A DNA stretch of 64,000 nt from Candidatus Eiseniibacteriota bacterium (lineage in GTDB: Bacteria; Eisenbacteria; RBG-16-71-46). A program made the position numbers and the translations under genes. A model generated the notes under the pieces. It was given only the letters and a program-made list of their open reading frames with translations. It made no database searches and was not told the origin of the DNA. This document shows positions 38,457-48,665 of this stretch, piece by piece (positions within the stretch are counted from its first letter, which is position 1; each line of letters opens with the position of its first letter). The DNA lies in contig JBBRLX010000019.1 in assembly GCA_038231135.1 (NCBI GenBank), forward strand, positions 10,176 to 74,175, in the 5' to 3' direction.

Positions 38457-41125
38457 CCCTCACGCCCGGCACCCGGCTCGGCCCCTACGAGATCGTCGCG
38501 CCGCTCGGCGCCGGCGGTATGGGCGAGGTCTATCGCGCTCGCGACACCCGACTCGACCGTAGCGTGGCGATCAAGGTGCTGCCCGCCCACCTCTCGCTGT
38601 CGCCGGAGGTGCGCGCGCGGTTCGAGCGCGAGGCGCGCACCATCTCGAGCCTGAATCATCCGAACATCTGCACGCTGTTCGATGTCGGCAGCGAGGGCGA
38701 CGCGGATTACCTCGTGATGGAACTGGTCGAAGGCGAAACCCTGGCCACGCGTCTCGAGAAGGCCCCGCTGCCGCCGGACGAGGGCATCCGGATCGGGATG
38801 CAGATCGCCGACGCGCTCGATCGCGCGCACCGCGCCGGAATCGTGCACCGCGATCTCAAGCCCGGGAACATCATGCTCACGAAGACCGGCGCGAAGCTCA
38901 TGGACTTCGGCCTCGCGCGCGCCACGGGCATGACGGGCCCCGCAACCGGCTCGGGCGTCACCCTCGCCGCCCTCACGCATTCGCCGACCGTCGCCCAGCC
39001 GCTCACCGCCGAGGGCACGCTGGTGGGCACGTTCCTCTATATGTCGCCGGAACAACTCGAGGGCAAAGAGGCCGACGCGCGCAGCGACATCTGGGCGCTG
39101 GGCTGCGTGCTGTACGAAATGGCGACCGGACGCCGCGCGTTCGGCGGCAGGAGCCAGGCCTCGCTGATCACGTCCATCATGGCCACCGAACCCGCACCGA
39201 TCGCTCAGGTCGCGCCCATGAGTCCGCCGGGGCTCGACCGGCTGGTGCGCGCGTGCCTCGCCAAGGATCCAGAAGAACGCATTCAGACCGCCCACGATGC
39301 GAAGCTGCAGCTGCAATGGATCGCAGAGGGTGGATCGCAGGCCGGCGTGCCCGCGCCGGTCGCGGTGAAGCGCCGCCATCGTGAATCGACCGCCTGGGTG
39401 CTGTTCGCGCTCGCCGCGGTCACCGCCGCGGCGCTGGGCGCGCTTCAGCTCGTTCCCAGACCGCGTCCGAACCCCGTGATCTTCGAGCTCACGCCTCCCC
39501 GGCAGGTGGGCGCCGTGGACCTGCCTCGCATCTCGCCCGACGGACGGTTGCTCGCGTTCAACGCCATCGATTCCAGCGGCACCACCGGCATCTGGGTGCG
39601 CCCCATGAATTCGCTCGACGCCCAGCGTCTGCAGGGCACCGAGGGTTCGACGCGGCCATTCTGGTCTCCCGACAGCCGCTACCTCGCATTCTTCTCGGGA
39701 GGCAAGCTGAACAAGATCGACATCACCGGCGGGCCACCGCAGGTCGTCTGCGATGCGCCGCGCGGCGCCGACGGCTCGTGGGGAACCCGCGGTGTCATCC
39801 TGTTCGACGGCAGTGGCACGGACACCGTCCAGCGGGTCTCGGCCGGCGGCGGTGCCCCCTCCGGCGCTACCACTCTGAACCGGACGACACGGGAGACGTT
39901 CAACGCCTGGCCGCAATTCCTGCCCGATGGACAGCACTTTCTCTACCTGGGTTCCAGCGGCCTCGGCGAGGCCACGCTCAAGATCGGGCGCCTCGATTCG
40001 AAGGATGTGAAGGTGCTCGGTCCGGCCGGTTCCCGCACCGAATACGCGTCCGGACACTTGATGTTCGTCCGTCAGGGCACGTTGTTCGCGCGGCCGTTCG
40101 ATCCCGGCGCGCTCAAGTTCACGGGTGATCCGTATCCGATCGCCGAGGGTGTCGAGTTCAATGCCATGGGGAGCGCGCGGTTCTCGGCCTCCTCACAGGG
40201 CACGCTGGTCTACCGGGCGGGAGGGGGGAACGCGAATCGGAGTCTGGTATGGGTGGATCGAACCGGGCGTCCGATCGGCACCGTGGGCAGCCCGGGTTTG
40301 TACGACGATCCAGCGCTTTCGCCCGACGGCACCCAGCTGGCGGTGAAGGTGACCGCCTCCGGCCACACGAACGGAGACATCTGGATCTGGGATCTCGCGC
40401 GCGATCTCGGCTCGCGGTTCAGCTTCGCCAGCGCGGACGTCAATTACCCCACGTGGTCCCCGGATGGCACGAAACTGGTGTACTCGGTGGCGCGCGAAGG
40501 CGGCACCGACCTCCACATCAAGCCGCTGGGCGGCTCGGGCGCCGACTCCGTGCTGTTCTCGACGAACGAGGAGAAGTATCCGTACTGCTGGTCATCGAAC
40601 GGACGCTACATCGCGTTCATCGAGCGGTCCGGTATTCAAAATCGAAGCTGGGACATCGAAGCGCTCTCGCTGACCGGACCGCCGCAGGTGATCTCCGTCG
40701 CGGCCACACCGTCCATCGAAGTCGGGCCCGCGTTTTCTCCGGACGGAACATGGATCGCGTACAAGTCACTGGAGTCCGGGCAACCTGACGTGTACGTGCA
40801 GGCATTTCCGGGGCCGGGCGGAAAGTGGCGCGTTTCCACTCACGGAGGCACCGAACCTCTGTGGCGCGGCGACGGACACGAACTGTTCTATCTCACGCTC
40901 TCGCGAGAATTGATGTCGGTCGTGTTCGACGCCGGTCCGCCGCCGCATCTCGGGCTTCCGCAAAAGCTGTTCGACGCACCCGTGATTCGCGGGAACAATG
41001 TTCGGAGCCGATACGTTCCTTCCCGCGATGGCCAGCGGTTCCTGCTGAACACCATCGAAGGCGAGGCCAAGATCGGCGCCACGACCGTCGTGCTCGACTG
41101 GCTCGGCGATCGGCACAAGCCGTGA
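38453..41125 (+). CDS. Transmembrane Ser/Thr kinase with TolB-like (PD40) beta-propellers
   Basis: ATGA overlap with the previous kinase; HRDLKPGN, DFG, SPE; TM AWVLFALAAVTAAALGAL; SPDG repeats. Confidence 0.94.
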   Translation: MTLTPGTRLGPYEIVAPLGAGGMGEVYRARDTRLDRSVAIKVLPAHLSLSPEVRARFEREARTISSLNHPNICTLFDVGSEGDADYLVMELVEGETLATRLEKAPLPPDEGIRIGMQIADALDRAHRAGIVHRDLKPGNIMLTKTGAKLMDFGLARATGMTGPATGSGVTLAALTHSPTVAQPLTAEGTLVGTFLYMSPEQLEGKEADARSDIWALGCVLYEMATGRRAFGGRSQASLITSIMATEPAPIAQVAPMSPPGLDRLVRACLAKDPEERIQTAHDAKLQLQWIAEGGSQAGVPAPVAVKRRHRESTAWVLFALAAVTAAALGALQLVPRPRPNPVIFELTPPRQVGAVDLPRISPDGRLLAFNAIDSSGTTGIWVRPMNSLDAQRLQGTEGSTRPFWSPDSRYLAFFSGGKLNKIDITGGPPQVVCDAPRGADGSWGTRGVILFDGSGTDTVQRVSAGGGAPSGATTLNRTTRETFNAWPQFLPDGQHFLYLGSSGLGEATLKIGRLDSKDVKVLGPAGSRTEYASGHLMFVRQGTLFARPFDPGALKFTGDPYPIAEGVEFNAMGSARFSASSQGTLVYRAGGGNANRSLVWVDRTGRPIGTVGSPGLYDDPALSPDGTQLAVKVTASGHTNGDIWIWDLARDLGSRFSFASADVNYPTWSPDGTKLVYSVAREGGTDLHIKPLGGSGADSVLFSTNEEKYPYCWSSNGRYIAFIERSGIQNRSWDIEALSLTGPPQVISVAATPSIEVGPAFSPDGTWIAYKSLESGQPDVYVQAFPGPGGKWRVSTHGGTEPLWRGDGHELFYLTLSRELMSVVFDAGPPPHLGLPQKLFDAPVIRGNNVRSRYVPSRDGQRFLLNTIEGEAKIGATTVVLDWLGDRHKP

Positions 41126-41222
41126 CGGGACTGCTCTACGGGGCTCTGGGGATCCCTCAGGCGAGGTTGCCGGCGCGGCGCGCCTGTGATGGCGCGCCGC
41201 GCCGCGGATGCGCCGGCGAAGC

Positions 41223-41468
41223 TCAGGCCTTCTTCGCGGTCACCATGCGGAAGATCCAGGTCAGGACCACCGCCCCGAACACCGCAACGGCCAGCGTGTA
41301 GAAGAAGCCGCCCTCGGCCTTGAACCCGAACGTGCTCATGAGGAAACCACCCGCGAGCGCGCCCAGTAAGCCGATGATGATGTCCATCAGGGCGCCCTTG
41401 CCCGGCCCGCCCATCAGCTTGCCGGTCAGCCACCCCGCGATGAGACCCACGACGATCCAGGAGATCAT
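41223..41468 (-). CDS. GlsB/YeaQ/YmgE (transglycosylase-associated) stress membrane protein
   Basis: WIVVGLIAGWL...DIIIGLLGALAGG...AVFGAVVL. Confidence 0.9.
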   Translation of the reverse strand: MISWIVVGLIAGWLTGKLMGGPGKGALMDIIIGLLGALAGGFLMSTFGFKAEGGFFYTLAVAVFGAVVLTWIFRMVTAKKA

Positions 41469-41470
41469 GA

Positions 41471-41968
41471 TCAGCCCCGTCTCGCGGAGGAGATCCTGGA
41501 CATCAGCATCGCGAGGGCCGTCACCCCGATGCTCTTCACCAGCGTCGGATGCTGCGAGTAGAACCCCGCCGCCTGCTCCATGATCGACGGATTCTTCTGG
41601 GCGGCCTGCTGCGCGACGGCCTGCACGGTTGCGGGCGTCACCTGTTGCGCTTGCTGAGGTGAAATGGTGCCGGCCACTCCGCCCGTCGCGGCCTGGAGTT
41701 GAGCGACCCCCGCCGGACCGAGCGACGCGAGCAACTGGTTCAGGATGCCGGCCTTCTGCTCGGGGGTGGAGTGGGAGAACAGGTTTGCCACCATCTGCTC
41801 GAACGGCGGCGTCTGATCGGATTGAAACGCGTGCGTGAGGCCGTCCGCGAGCGTGCCCTGCGGCACGGCCTGCGACACCTGATCATACGCGGCGTGGACG
41901 TCGGCCTCGGGTGCGCCACCACTCGTCGCCTGCTTCAACAGGTTGCCGAGATTATCGAAGATACTCAT
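41471..41968 (-). CDS. Conserved hypothetical protein (YidB/DUF937-like)
   Basis: GGAGGTG RBS; AFQSDQTPPFEQMV...ISPQQAQQV...FYSQHPTLVKSIG. Confidence 0.75.
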   Translation of the reverse strand: MSIFDNLGNLLKQATSGGAPEADVHAAYDQVSQAVPQGTLADGLTHAFQSDQTPPFEQMVANLFSHSTPEQKAGILNQLLASLGPAGVAQLQAATGGVAGTISPQQAQQVTPATVQAVAQQAAQKNPSIMEQAAGFYSQHPTLVKSIGVTALAMLMSRISSARRG

Positions 41969-42084
41969 GCGTTCACCTCCCAAATCGTATGCGGGACAGG
42001 TCGCGACCGCCGCCAGCACTCGCGCCTTGCCCTGGTCCGCGATGGCTTGCCGCCGACGTGAACATGACTTCCGGTTCGGGAACG

Positions 42085-42462
42085 CTAGTTCAGCAGCTCC
42101 TGTGGAACCTTGCCGCCATTTGCGGCCAGCTTCGTGATCACCTGCTTGTGCAACCAGATGTTCATCGCCGCCGAATCACCCGTGTCGCCGGTAAAGCCGA
42201 GCTCGGCGGCCAGTGCCGTGCGCGCGCCATGGCTCGAATCGATTCCGACGAGCTTCATCAGGTCCACGATCGAGTGCCGCCAATCGAGCTTCTGGGAGTT
42301 CTCGGCGGCGAGCTTGTCGAGGATGGCGGTGACGTCCACGACTGCCGGAGCGGCGGCAATGGGTGCGGCGGCAGTGGAACCGGCGGATACCGGCGCCGGC
42401 GCCGCCTGGGCTGCGTCCGCGTGATGAAAGATCTTGGCCATCAAGTCACTGAAGAGTCCCAT
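42085..42462 (-). CDS. DUF3597 domain protein
   Basis: VDVTAILD...LDWRHSIVDLMKL...DSAAMNIWLHKQV...NGGKVP. Confidence 0.9.
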   Translation of the reverse strand: MGLFSDLMAKIFHHADAAQAAPAPVSAGSTAAAPIAAAPAVVDVTAILDKLAAENSQKLDWRHSIVDLMKLVGIDSSHGARTALAAELGFTGDTGDSAAMNIWLHKQVITKLAANGGKVPQELLN

Positions 42463-42793
42463 GGGTTCAATTCTCCATCGTGAGGGGTGAGCCGGGCGTG
42501 AGGATCCACCGGCTTGCCGGCGGACGGGTTCCGCGCTGAAACCCCGACGCCGACGATTCACAGGGTGCTCCGTCCCGGGAACCAATGCAATGAAAAGTGC
42601 GCCGGGGGGGATGCATCACGGCGGTTGCCGTGCCGAGTTTTCGCGGCTCGTCGCGTCGGGTCCGGCGGACGGGGTTTGGTTCGCCGGCGGTTAAGGGACC
42701 CGTGGTGGACTCCAGAGTTGCTGCGGAACGAGGCGATTCGCAGCTCCGGGTCGAGAGTAACGCAGCGTACGACTGCCATCGGAGTCCAACGAG

Positions 42794-45226
42794 ATGAACT
42801 TCTGTCGCAACCTGACCCTGTTGATCCTGCTCGTGCTTCCCGCCCACAACCTGCTCGCCCAGACGTCCGCTGAGGGCGCCGTCACCGGCATCCTGACCGA
42901 CCAGAAGACCCACGCTCCGCTGGAGAACGTCACGGTGACGCTCCGCGACCGCGGCGATTCGACGCATGTCGTAGGAACCACCACTGGCAAGGACGGCGGA
43001 TTCCTGTTCGCCCATGTGCCGCCGGGTGCATACCTCGTGGAATGCAGCCTCATCGGGCATGTCAGCTTCCGCTCGCCGCAGTTCCAGATCGACCCCGCCC
43101 ATCCGCGCATGAACCTGAAGACCATTCCACTCAAGCAATCGGTGCTGGTGCTGGACGAGGTCGTGATCCATTCGGAAAAGAGCCTGTTCAACCACGCGAT
43201 CGACCGCCGGATCTACAACGTTCAGCACGACCTGATGGCGAAATCGAGCTCGGCGAGCGAAATCCTTCAGAACATCCCCGCGGTCCAGGTGGATATCGAC
43301 GGCAACGTCAGCCTGCGCGGCTCCCCCGACGTCATGATCCTGATCAACGGCAAGAAGTCGCCGCTGATGGGCAAGAGCCGGGCGGACGTCCTGCAGCAGC
43401 TGCCCGCGGGGAACATCGAGAAGATCGAGGTGATCACGAATCCGTCCGCGCGATTCACGCCCGAGGGCACGTCGGGAATCATCAATATCGTGATGAAGCA
43501 GGGCTCCGGCGCGGGAGTGAACGGCGATGCGACCGGCCACTACGGCACCGCGGACCGGCACAACGAGAATTTTTCGTTTGGGTACAACCCCCGGAAACTC
43601 GAGCTGTTCGGGAACTACAGCTATCGCGACGACCGCAGGAACCGTACGGGCACGGACCAGCGCGACCTGTCCGACTCGGGGCCGACGCGAACCTATGAGG
43701 AGAGCAACCGAATCCTCGTGCGGCCGCACGTGAACCTCGGGAACCTGGGCCTGAGCTACCACCCGGACCCGCGGAACACCGTCGACCTGAGCGGAGAGTA
43801 CTTTCACCGGCGGCCGTCACGGAACGGCGTGTCCACGATCGTTTCGCGGGACGACGCAGGCGCCATCGTCTCCGACTACGACCGGCGGCAGACCGGCTAC
43901 GAATTGGAGACCGAGGCCGGAGTTACCACCGCGTTCCAGCACGACTTCGCCCGGGCGGACCACGAGGTGCGCGTCGAGGCCAGCGTGTCCAACGCGCCGC
44001 AGTCGGAGGTGGCCAGTTTCGTGGAGGACTGGCGCACCCCGGCCCAGGCCAGGCAGGCGAGCAACATCCAGTTCCGTCAGCGGGAGGAGCAGGCGCACGT
44101 GTCCGTCGATTACAGCGATCCCGTGAGCGACGAGTCCAAGCTCGAGGCCGGATACGCGCTGGAGATCCATCGTCAGGACATCCATTCGCATGCCGAGTCC
44201 CTCGACGTCGCGCAGCAGCGGTTCTTTGCGGACGGCTCGAAGACGTACCGGTTCAAGCTGGATCAGGCCATTCACGCCGTCTACGGGACCTATGCACGCG
44301 TCCTCAGGAAGCTCAGCGCACTCGGCGGCCTGCGCGGAGAATACGCGAACGTGACTCCGGACCTCGTTTCGAACGGAGTGCGGTTCGTCCACATCTATTC
44401 CGGGCTGTATCCGACGCTACATCTGGCCTACAAGGCGAGTGCAAGCGGCGAAGTCCAGCTCAACTACAGCCGCCGGATCAACCGGCCGGACAGCGACGAC
44501 CTCAACCCGTTTCCGGAATTCACCGATCCCTACAACATGGAGGCCGGCAACACGCATCTCAAGCCCGAATCGATTCACTCGGTCGAACTGGGCTACCGGC
44601 AGCGGGGCGAGCACTTCTCGTTCTTCCCGAGCCTCTACTATCGCTACAAGCAGGACGGGATCACGCGGCTGACAACGGCGGTCAACGACTCGGTGTTCCT
44701 TCGAACCAAGGCGAATCTGGCGAGCGATCAATCGGCCGGCTTCGAGCCCGTGCTGACGGTGTCCGTGGGCCGGGTGCTGCAGGGCAACCTGAACGCCAAC
44801 GTGTTCTACGACCAGATCGATGCCTCGAACATCGGCTACGGCAGCCGGAAGTCGGTGGTGTCCTGGAGCGGAGCGTGCAATGTGAACCTCACTCCGTGGA
44901 CCGCCACCACGCTCCAGCTGAGCTCCAACTATCGGTCCACCGTCCTCACGCCGCAGGGGAATTCCCGCCCCAGCTTCGTGTTGAACCTCGGGGCAAAGCA
45001 GAATCTCGTACGCGACCAGGTGTCGCTGACGCTGACCGTTTCGGATCTGTTCAAGACCCAGCGCCAGGACACCCAACTGGACGTATCTGGCATCCGCCAG
45101 CGGGTGACCAACCGGCGCGATTCACGGATCGTCTATGCCGGCGTCATCTACCATTACGGCCGGACCGAGAAGAAGGACAAGGACAAGGACAAGGACAAGC
45201 CGTTTCAGTACGAGGACCAGCCATAG
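42794..45226 (+). CDS. TonB-dependent receptor-like outer-membrane beta-barrel with carboxypeptidase-regulatory-like N-domain
   Basis: Signal peptide; ILQNIPAVQVDIDGNVSLRG, IEVITNPSARF, YSRRINRP, GNTHLKPE. Confidence 0.92.
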   Translation: MNFCRNLTLLILLVLPAHNLLAQTSAEGAVTGILTDQKTHAPLENVTVTLRDRGDSTHVVGTTTGKDGGFLFAHVPPGAYLVECSLIGHVSFRSPQFQIDPAHPRMNLKTIPLKQSVLVLDEVVIHSEKSLFNHAIDRRIYNVQHDLMAKSSSASEILQNIPAVQVDIDGNVSLRGSPDVMILINGKKSPLMGKSRADVLQQLPAGNIEKIEVITNPSARFTPEGTSGIINIVMKQGSGAGVNGDATGHYGTADRHNENFSFGYNPRKLELFGNYSYRDDRRNRTGTDQRDLSDSGPTRTYEESNRILVRPHVNLGNLGLSYHPDPRNTVDLSGEYFHRRPSRNGVSTIVSRDDAGAIVSDYDRRQTGYELETEAGVTTAFQHDFARADHEVRVEASVSNAPQSEVASFVEDWRTPAQARQASNIQFRQREEQAHVSVDYSDPVSDESKLEAGYALEIHRQDIHSHAESLDVAQQRFFADGSKTYRFKLDQAIHAVYGTYARVLRKLSALGGLRGEYANVTPDLVSNGVRFVHIYSGLYPTLHLAYKASASGEVQLNYSRRINRPDSDDLNPFPEFTDPYNMEAGNTHLKPESIHSVELGYRQRGEHFSFFPSLYYRYKQDGITRLTTAVNDSVFLRTKANLASDQSAGFEPVLTVSVGRVLQGNLNANVFYDQIDASNIGYGSRKSVVSWSGACNVNLTPWTATTLQLSSNYRSTVLTPQGNSRPSFVLNLGAKQNLVRDQVSLTLTVSDLFKTQRQDTQLDVSGIRQRVTNRRDSRIVYAGVIYHYGRTEKKDKDKDKDKPFQYEDQP
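45173..45199 (+). repeat. (AAGGAC)4.5 in-frame hexamer repeat encoding KDKDKDKDK
   Basis: Directly visible at the receptor C-terminus. Confidence 0.85.
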
Positions 45227-45293
45227 CGGGACCGTATCTGCGCCACACCGCCGGCTTTCGGTCGTAGCCGCTCGTGCACTATCTTCCGCACCC

Positions 45294-45785
45294 ATGATCA
45301 CGATTCGACCCGCCCGTCCGGCCGACCAGACCGCCATCGGACACTACGGCGCCGAGCTCATGCGCCAGCACCATGCCGCCGATCCCAGGCGGTTCATCCT
45401 CGTGGACCGGCCGGAGGCCGGGTATGGCCGGTTTCTCGTGTCCATCCTGTCGAATCCGGACTATGCGGTTCTGGTCGCCGAGCTGTCCGGTGAGATCGTC
45501 GGCTACACCCTCGCGGCGATCGAGCCCACGAGCTGGAGAGATCTGCGAGGGCCGTGTGGATTCATCCATGACGTGTTCGTCGACGAGCGCGTGCGGCGGC
45601 AGGGGACCGGGCGCGACCTGATGGCCGCGGCCATCGAGTGGATCCACTCGAAGGGCATGACCCAGATCGTGCTGTGGAGCAAGTCGGGGAACGACGGCGC
45701 ACAACGCCTGTTCGCCGAGCTGGGGTTCCGGCACACGATGGTCGAGATGACGCTCGATCGAGAGCCGCCGGCCTCCGGGACATGA
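45294..45785 (+). CDS. GNAT family N-acetyltransferase
   Basis: MITIRPA...IHDVFVDERVRRQGTG...NDGAQRLFAELGF; preceded by TG-CAC-TATCTT-N8-ATG (likely leaderless). Confidence 0.9.
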   Translation: MITIRPARPADQTAIGHYGAELMRQHHAADPRRFILVDRPEAGYGRFLVSILSNPDYAVLVAELSGEIVGYTLAAIEPTSWRDLRGPCGFIHDVFVDERVRRQGTGRDLMAAAIEWIHSKGMTQIVLWSKSGNDGAQRLFAELGFRHTMVEMTLDREPPASGT

Positions 45786-45848
45786 CCGGCCCAGGTCCTC
45801 GACGAACTCGATCGCCCCGTCACCCGGCGTCGCCCGACGCTCCGCTCT

Positions 45849-45865
45849 TGAAGTAATGTAGCCCC
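45849..45865 (+). promoter_or_regulatory. Leaderless promoter TG-AAG-TAATGT-N6-ATG
   Basis: -10 hexamer 45854-45859; ATG at 45866. Confidence 0.72.
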
Positions 45866-48524
45866 ATGACGCTGACCCCCGGCACGCGGTTCGGTCCCTA
45901 CGAGATCATCGCGCCGCTCGGCGCCGGCGGCATGGGAGAGGTGTACCGCGCGCGCGACCCGCGGCTCGGGCGCGACGTCGCGATCAAGGCGCTGCCCGCC
46001 GCGTTCGCCCAGGACCCCGAGCGACTGGCGCGCTTCGACCGCGAAGCCCGGCTGCTGGCCTCGCTCCATCACGCGAACATCGCCGTGCTCCACGGGCTCG
46101 AGGACTCCGACGGCCGCAGCTTCCTCGTGATGGAGCTCGTCGAGGGTGAATCGCTCGCGCAGCGGCTCGAACGGGGCGCGCTGCCGCTGGCCGAGACGCT
46201 CGAGGTGGCGCGCGCGATCGCCGCGGCGCTCGAGGCCGCGCACGAGGGCGGCATCGTCCACCGCGACCTCAAGCCGGGCAACATCATGGTGACGCCGTCG
46301 GGCGACGTGAAGGTTCTCGACTTTGGCCTCGCCAAGGGTGGGGCGACCGGTTCGACGCCGGATGCCAGCCTGTCGGCGTCACCGACGATGACCTACGCGG
46401 CCACCCAGGCCGGCGTCATCCTCGGCACCGCCGCCTACATGAGCCCCGAGCAGGCGCGCGGCAAGAGCGTCGACCGGCGCACCGACATTTGGTCGTTCGG
46501 CTGCGTGGTGTACGAATGCCTCACGGGGCGTCAGGCGTTTGCGGGCGACACGGTATCGGACATCGTCGCGCACATCCTGCAGACGGAGCCGGACTGGGCG
46601 ATCCTTCCGGACAGGACGCCGGAGCGACTGCGGTCGCTGCTGCGCCGATGCCTCGAGAAGGATTCCAAGCGGCGTCTCCGCGACATCGGCGAGGCGCGTA
46701 TCGAGATCGAGGATCTGATCGCGATGCGCAACTCGGGCAGCATCGCGGCGCCCGCGGCGCGGGCTGGACACACCGGCGCACAACCGTGGGCGGCATTCGC
46801 CATCACCGCTCTGGTCGCCACGGCCGCGGCGTGGTTCGGCCCGAAGCTGCTCGTGCATCCGGTGCCACCGTCGGCGAAGCGCTTCGAGATTGCGGCACCC
46901 ATGGGCCGGGCCATGACGGACGGGGCCTGCGTCGCGATCTCGCCGGACGGCACACAGCTCGCGATCGTTGCGTCGGATTCCTCGGGGACGTATTCGCTCT
47001 GGGTCCGGCGACTCGACTCACTCGTGCCCCGGCGGCTGGCCGGAACCGAGGGTGTCCGGATGATGTTCTGGTCGCCCGACAGCCGTTCGCTGGCGTTCTT
47101 CGCGAATGACGACGCGCTGTCGAAGGTGGCGGTGGACGGCGGCGCGCCACCGGAACGGATCTGCGACACGAAGGCCGCGCGCGGCGGCGCGTGGGGCCGC
47201 GACGGCACCATTCTGTTCGCGCCCTATTCGAACGGCGGCATCTATCCGGGTGTCCGCGAACGGCGGCACGCCGGTGCAGGTGACGCGGCCGGACTCGGCC
47301 CACGGCGTCACGGGCCATCGCTTCCCGGTGCTGCTGCCGGACGGCAGGCACTTCCTGTTTGTGAGCGTGCCATTCGGCCTCGACAACAAGGGCGGCCTGT
47401 GCGTCGGCTCGCTCGACGGTGGTCCCACCCGGGAAATCGGGCGCGTCGAATCGGGCGTGGTGTGGCAGGCGCCGGACTGGCTCATCACGACGCGCAACGC
47501 CGCGCTCGTAGCGTGGCGATTCGATTTCCACGCACTCAAAATGGTGGGAGATCCGGCCACGATCGGCGACCCGCTCGTCGGCAGCCAGTACTCCGGCGGA
47601 CCCGTGGTGAGCGCCTCGGCGGGCGGCACGCTCACGTTCCTCACTCGCCAGGAAACGCCCGCCCGGCTGGAATGGTACGACCTCTATGCGGGTCACCCGA
47701 TGGGCACGCCCCCGCTCGCTGCAGGACCCTATACTACAGTCAATCTGTCCCCCGACGACCGCCGGGCGATCGTCTCGGAGCAGAGCGAACCGACGCGCTC
47801 CGACATCGTACTCGTGGAACTGGACCGCGGGGTGACATCGCGTCTCACGCAAGCCCCCGACAATGCCGACTATGCCGTGTGGTCGAACGATGGAACGCGA
47901 GTGACCTACGTGGAAGGCGCGTCGGGAACCGTTCGCGTGCGTTCGCTCATCGACGGCTCCACACGAGCGTTCCTCGCCGACGACCATGCCTTCAAACGCG
48001 TATACGGCTGGACGCCCGATGACCGGGCGGTGCTCTACGGCCGTCTCGACGCCGCGACGAAATGGGACGTGTGGCTGCTGCCGGTCGACGGCAGCCCGCC
48101 GCAGCCGTGCCTGCGATCGCCGGCGAACGAACTGGCGGCCCAGATCTCGTCGGACGGGCGCTGGCTCAAGTACACGTCCGACGAGTCGGGCGCAACGGAA
48201 GCATGCGTGGTGCCGTTCAAGGCGCCGGGGCTCAAGTACCAGGTGACGATCGGCGGCGGCGACGGCGCCTTCTCGTTCGACGCCAGGCGTTTCTACTATG
48301 CGCTGGTAAAGGACCCACGCGCCGTCTGGGCAGCGGAGGTCCGCACTCAGCCCGCGTTCTCGCTGGGTCCCGCGAAGGTCGTGTTTCACATTCCCGGCGA
48401 TCAGGTCAATTGGGCCCTCGCCCGCGATGAGCGCCGCATCCTCCGCCTGGTGCCGGCGGAGAAGCCGGCGCCGCAGGCAGCGACGATTCTGGAAAACTGG
48501 CCGGCGGCGATTCGTAAGCCATAG
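45866..48524 (+). pseudogene. TM Ser/Thr kinase with TolB-like propellers, +1 frameshift at ~47246 (or sequencing error)
   Basis: GGIY then an extra C (tat c cgg gtg tcc gcg aac) before RVSANGG; the paralog at 35766 reads GIYRISANGG. The second frame continues to ILENWPAAIRKP. Confidence 0.85.
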
Positions 48525-48665
48525 CTGGCGCGTTGCCGTCGTGGGTGTCCGGACGCCATAGTCGGGTATAGTCCGCGCCGTCGTGTCACTTGCCCCCGCC
48601 ACAGCCCTGCCCTTGCGAGACCGCCGTCGCGCCGGGCCGGGCGGCCCGCCAGCGCCGGAGTGCCC

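Noticed and set aside
45173..45199. AAGGAC repeat as a phase-variation switch
   Set aside because: The 6-nt unit keeps the frame and lies at the extreme C-terminus.
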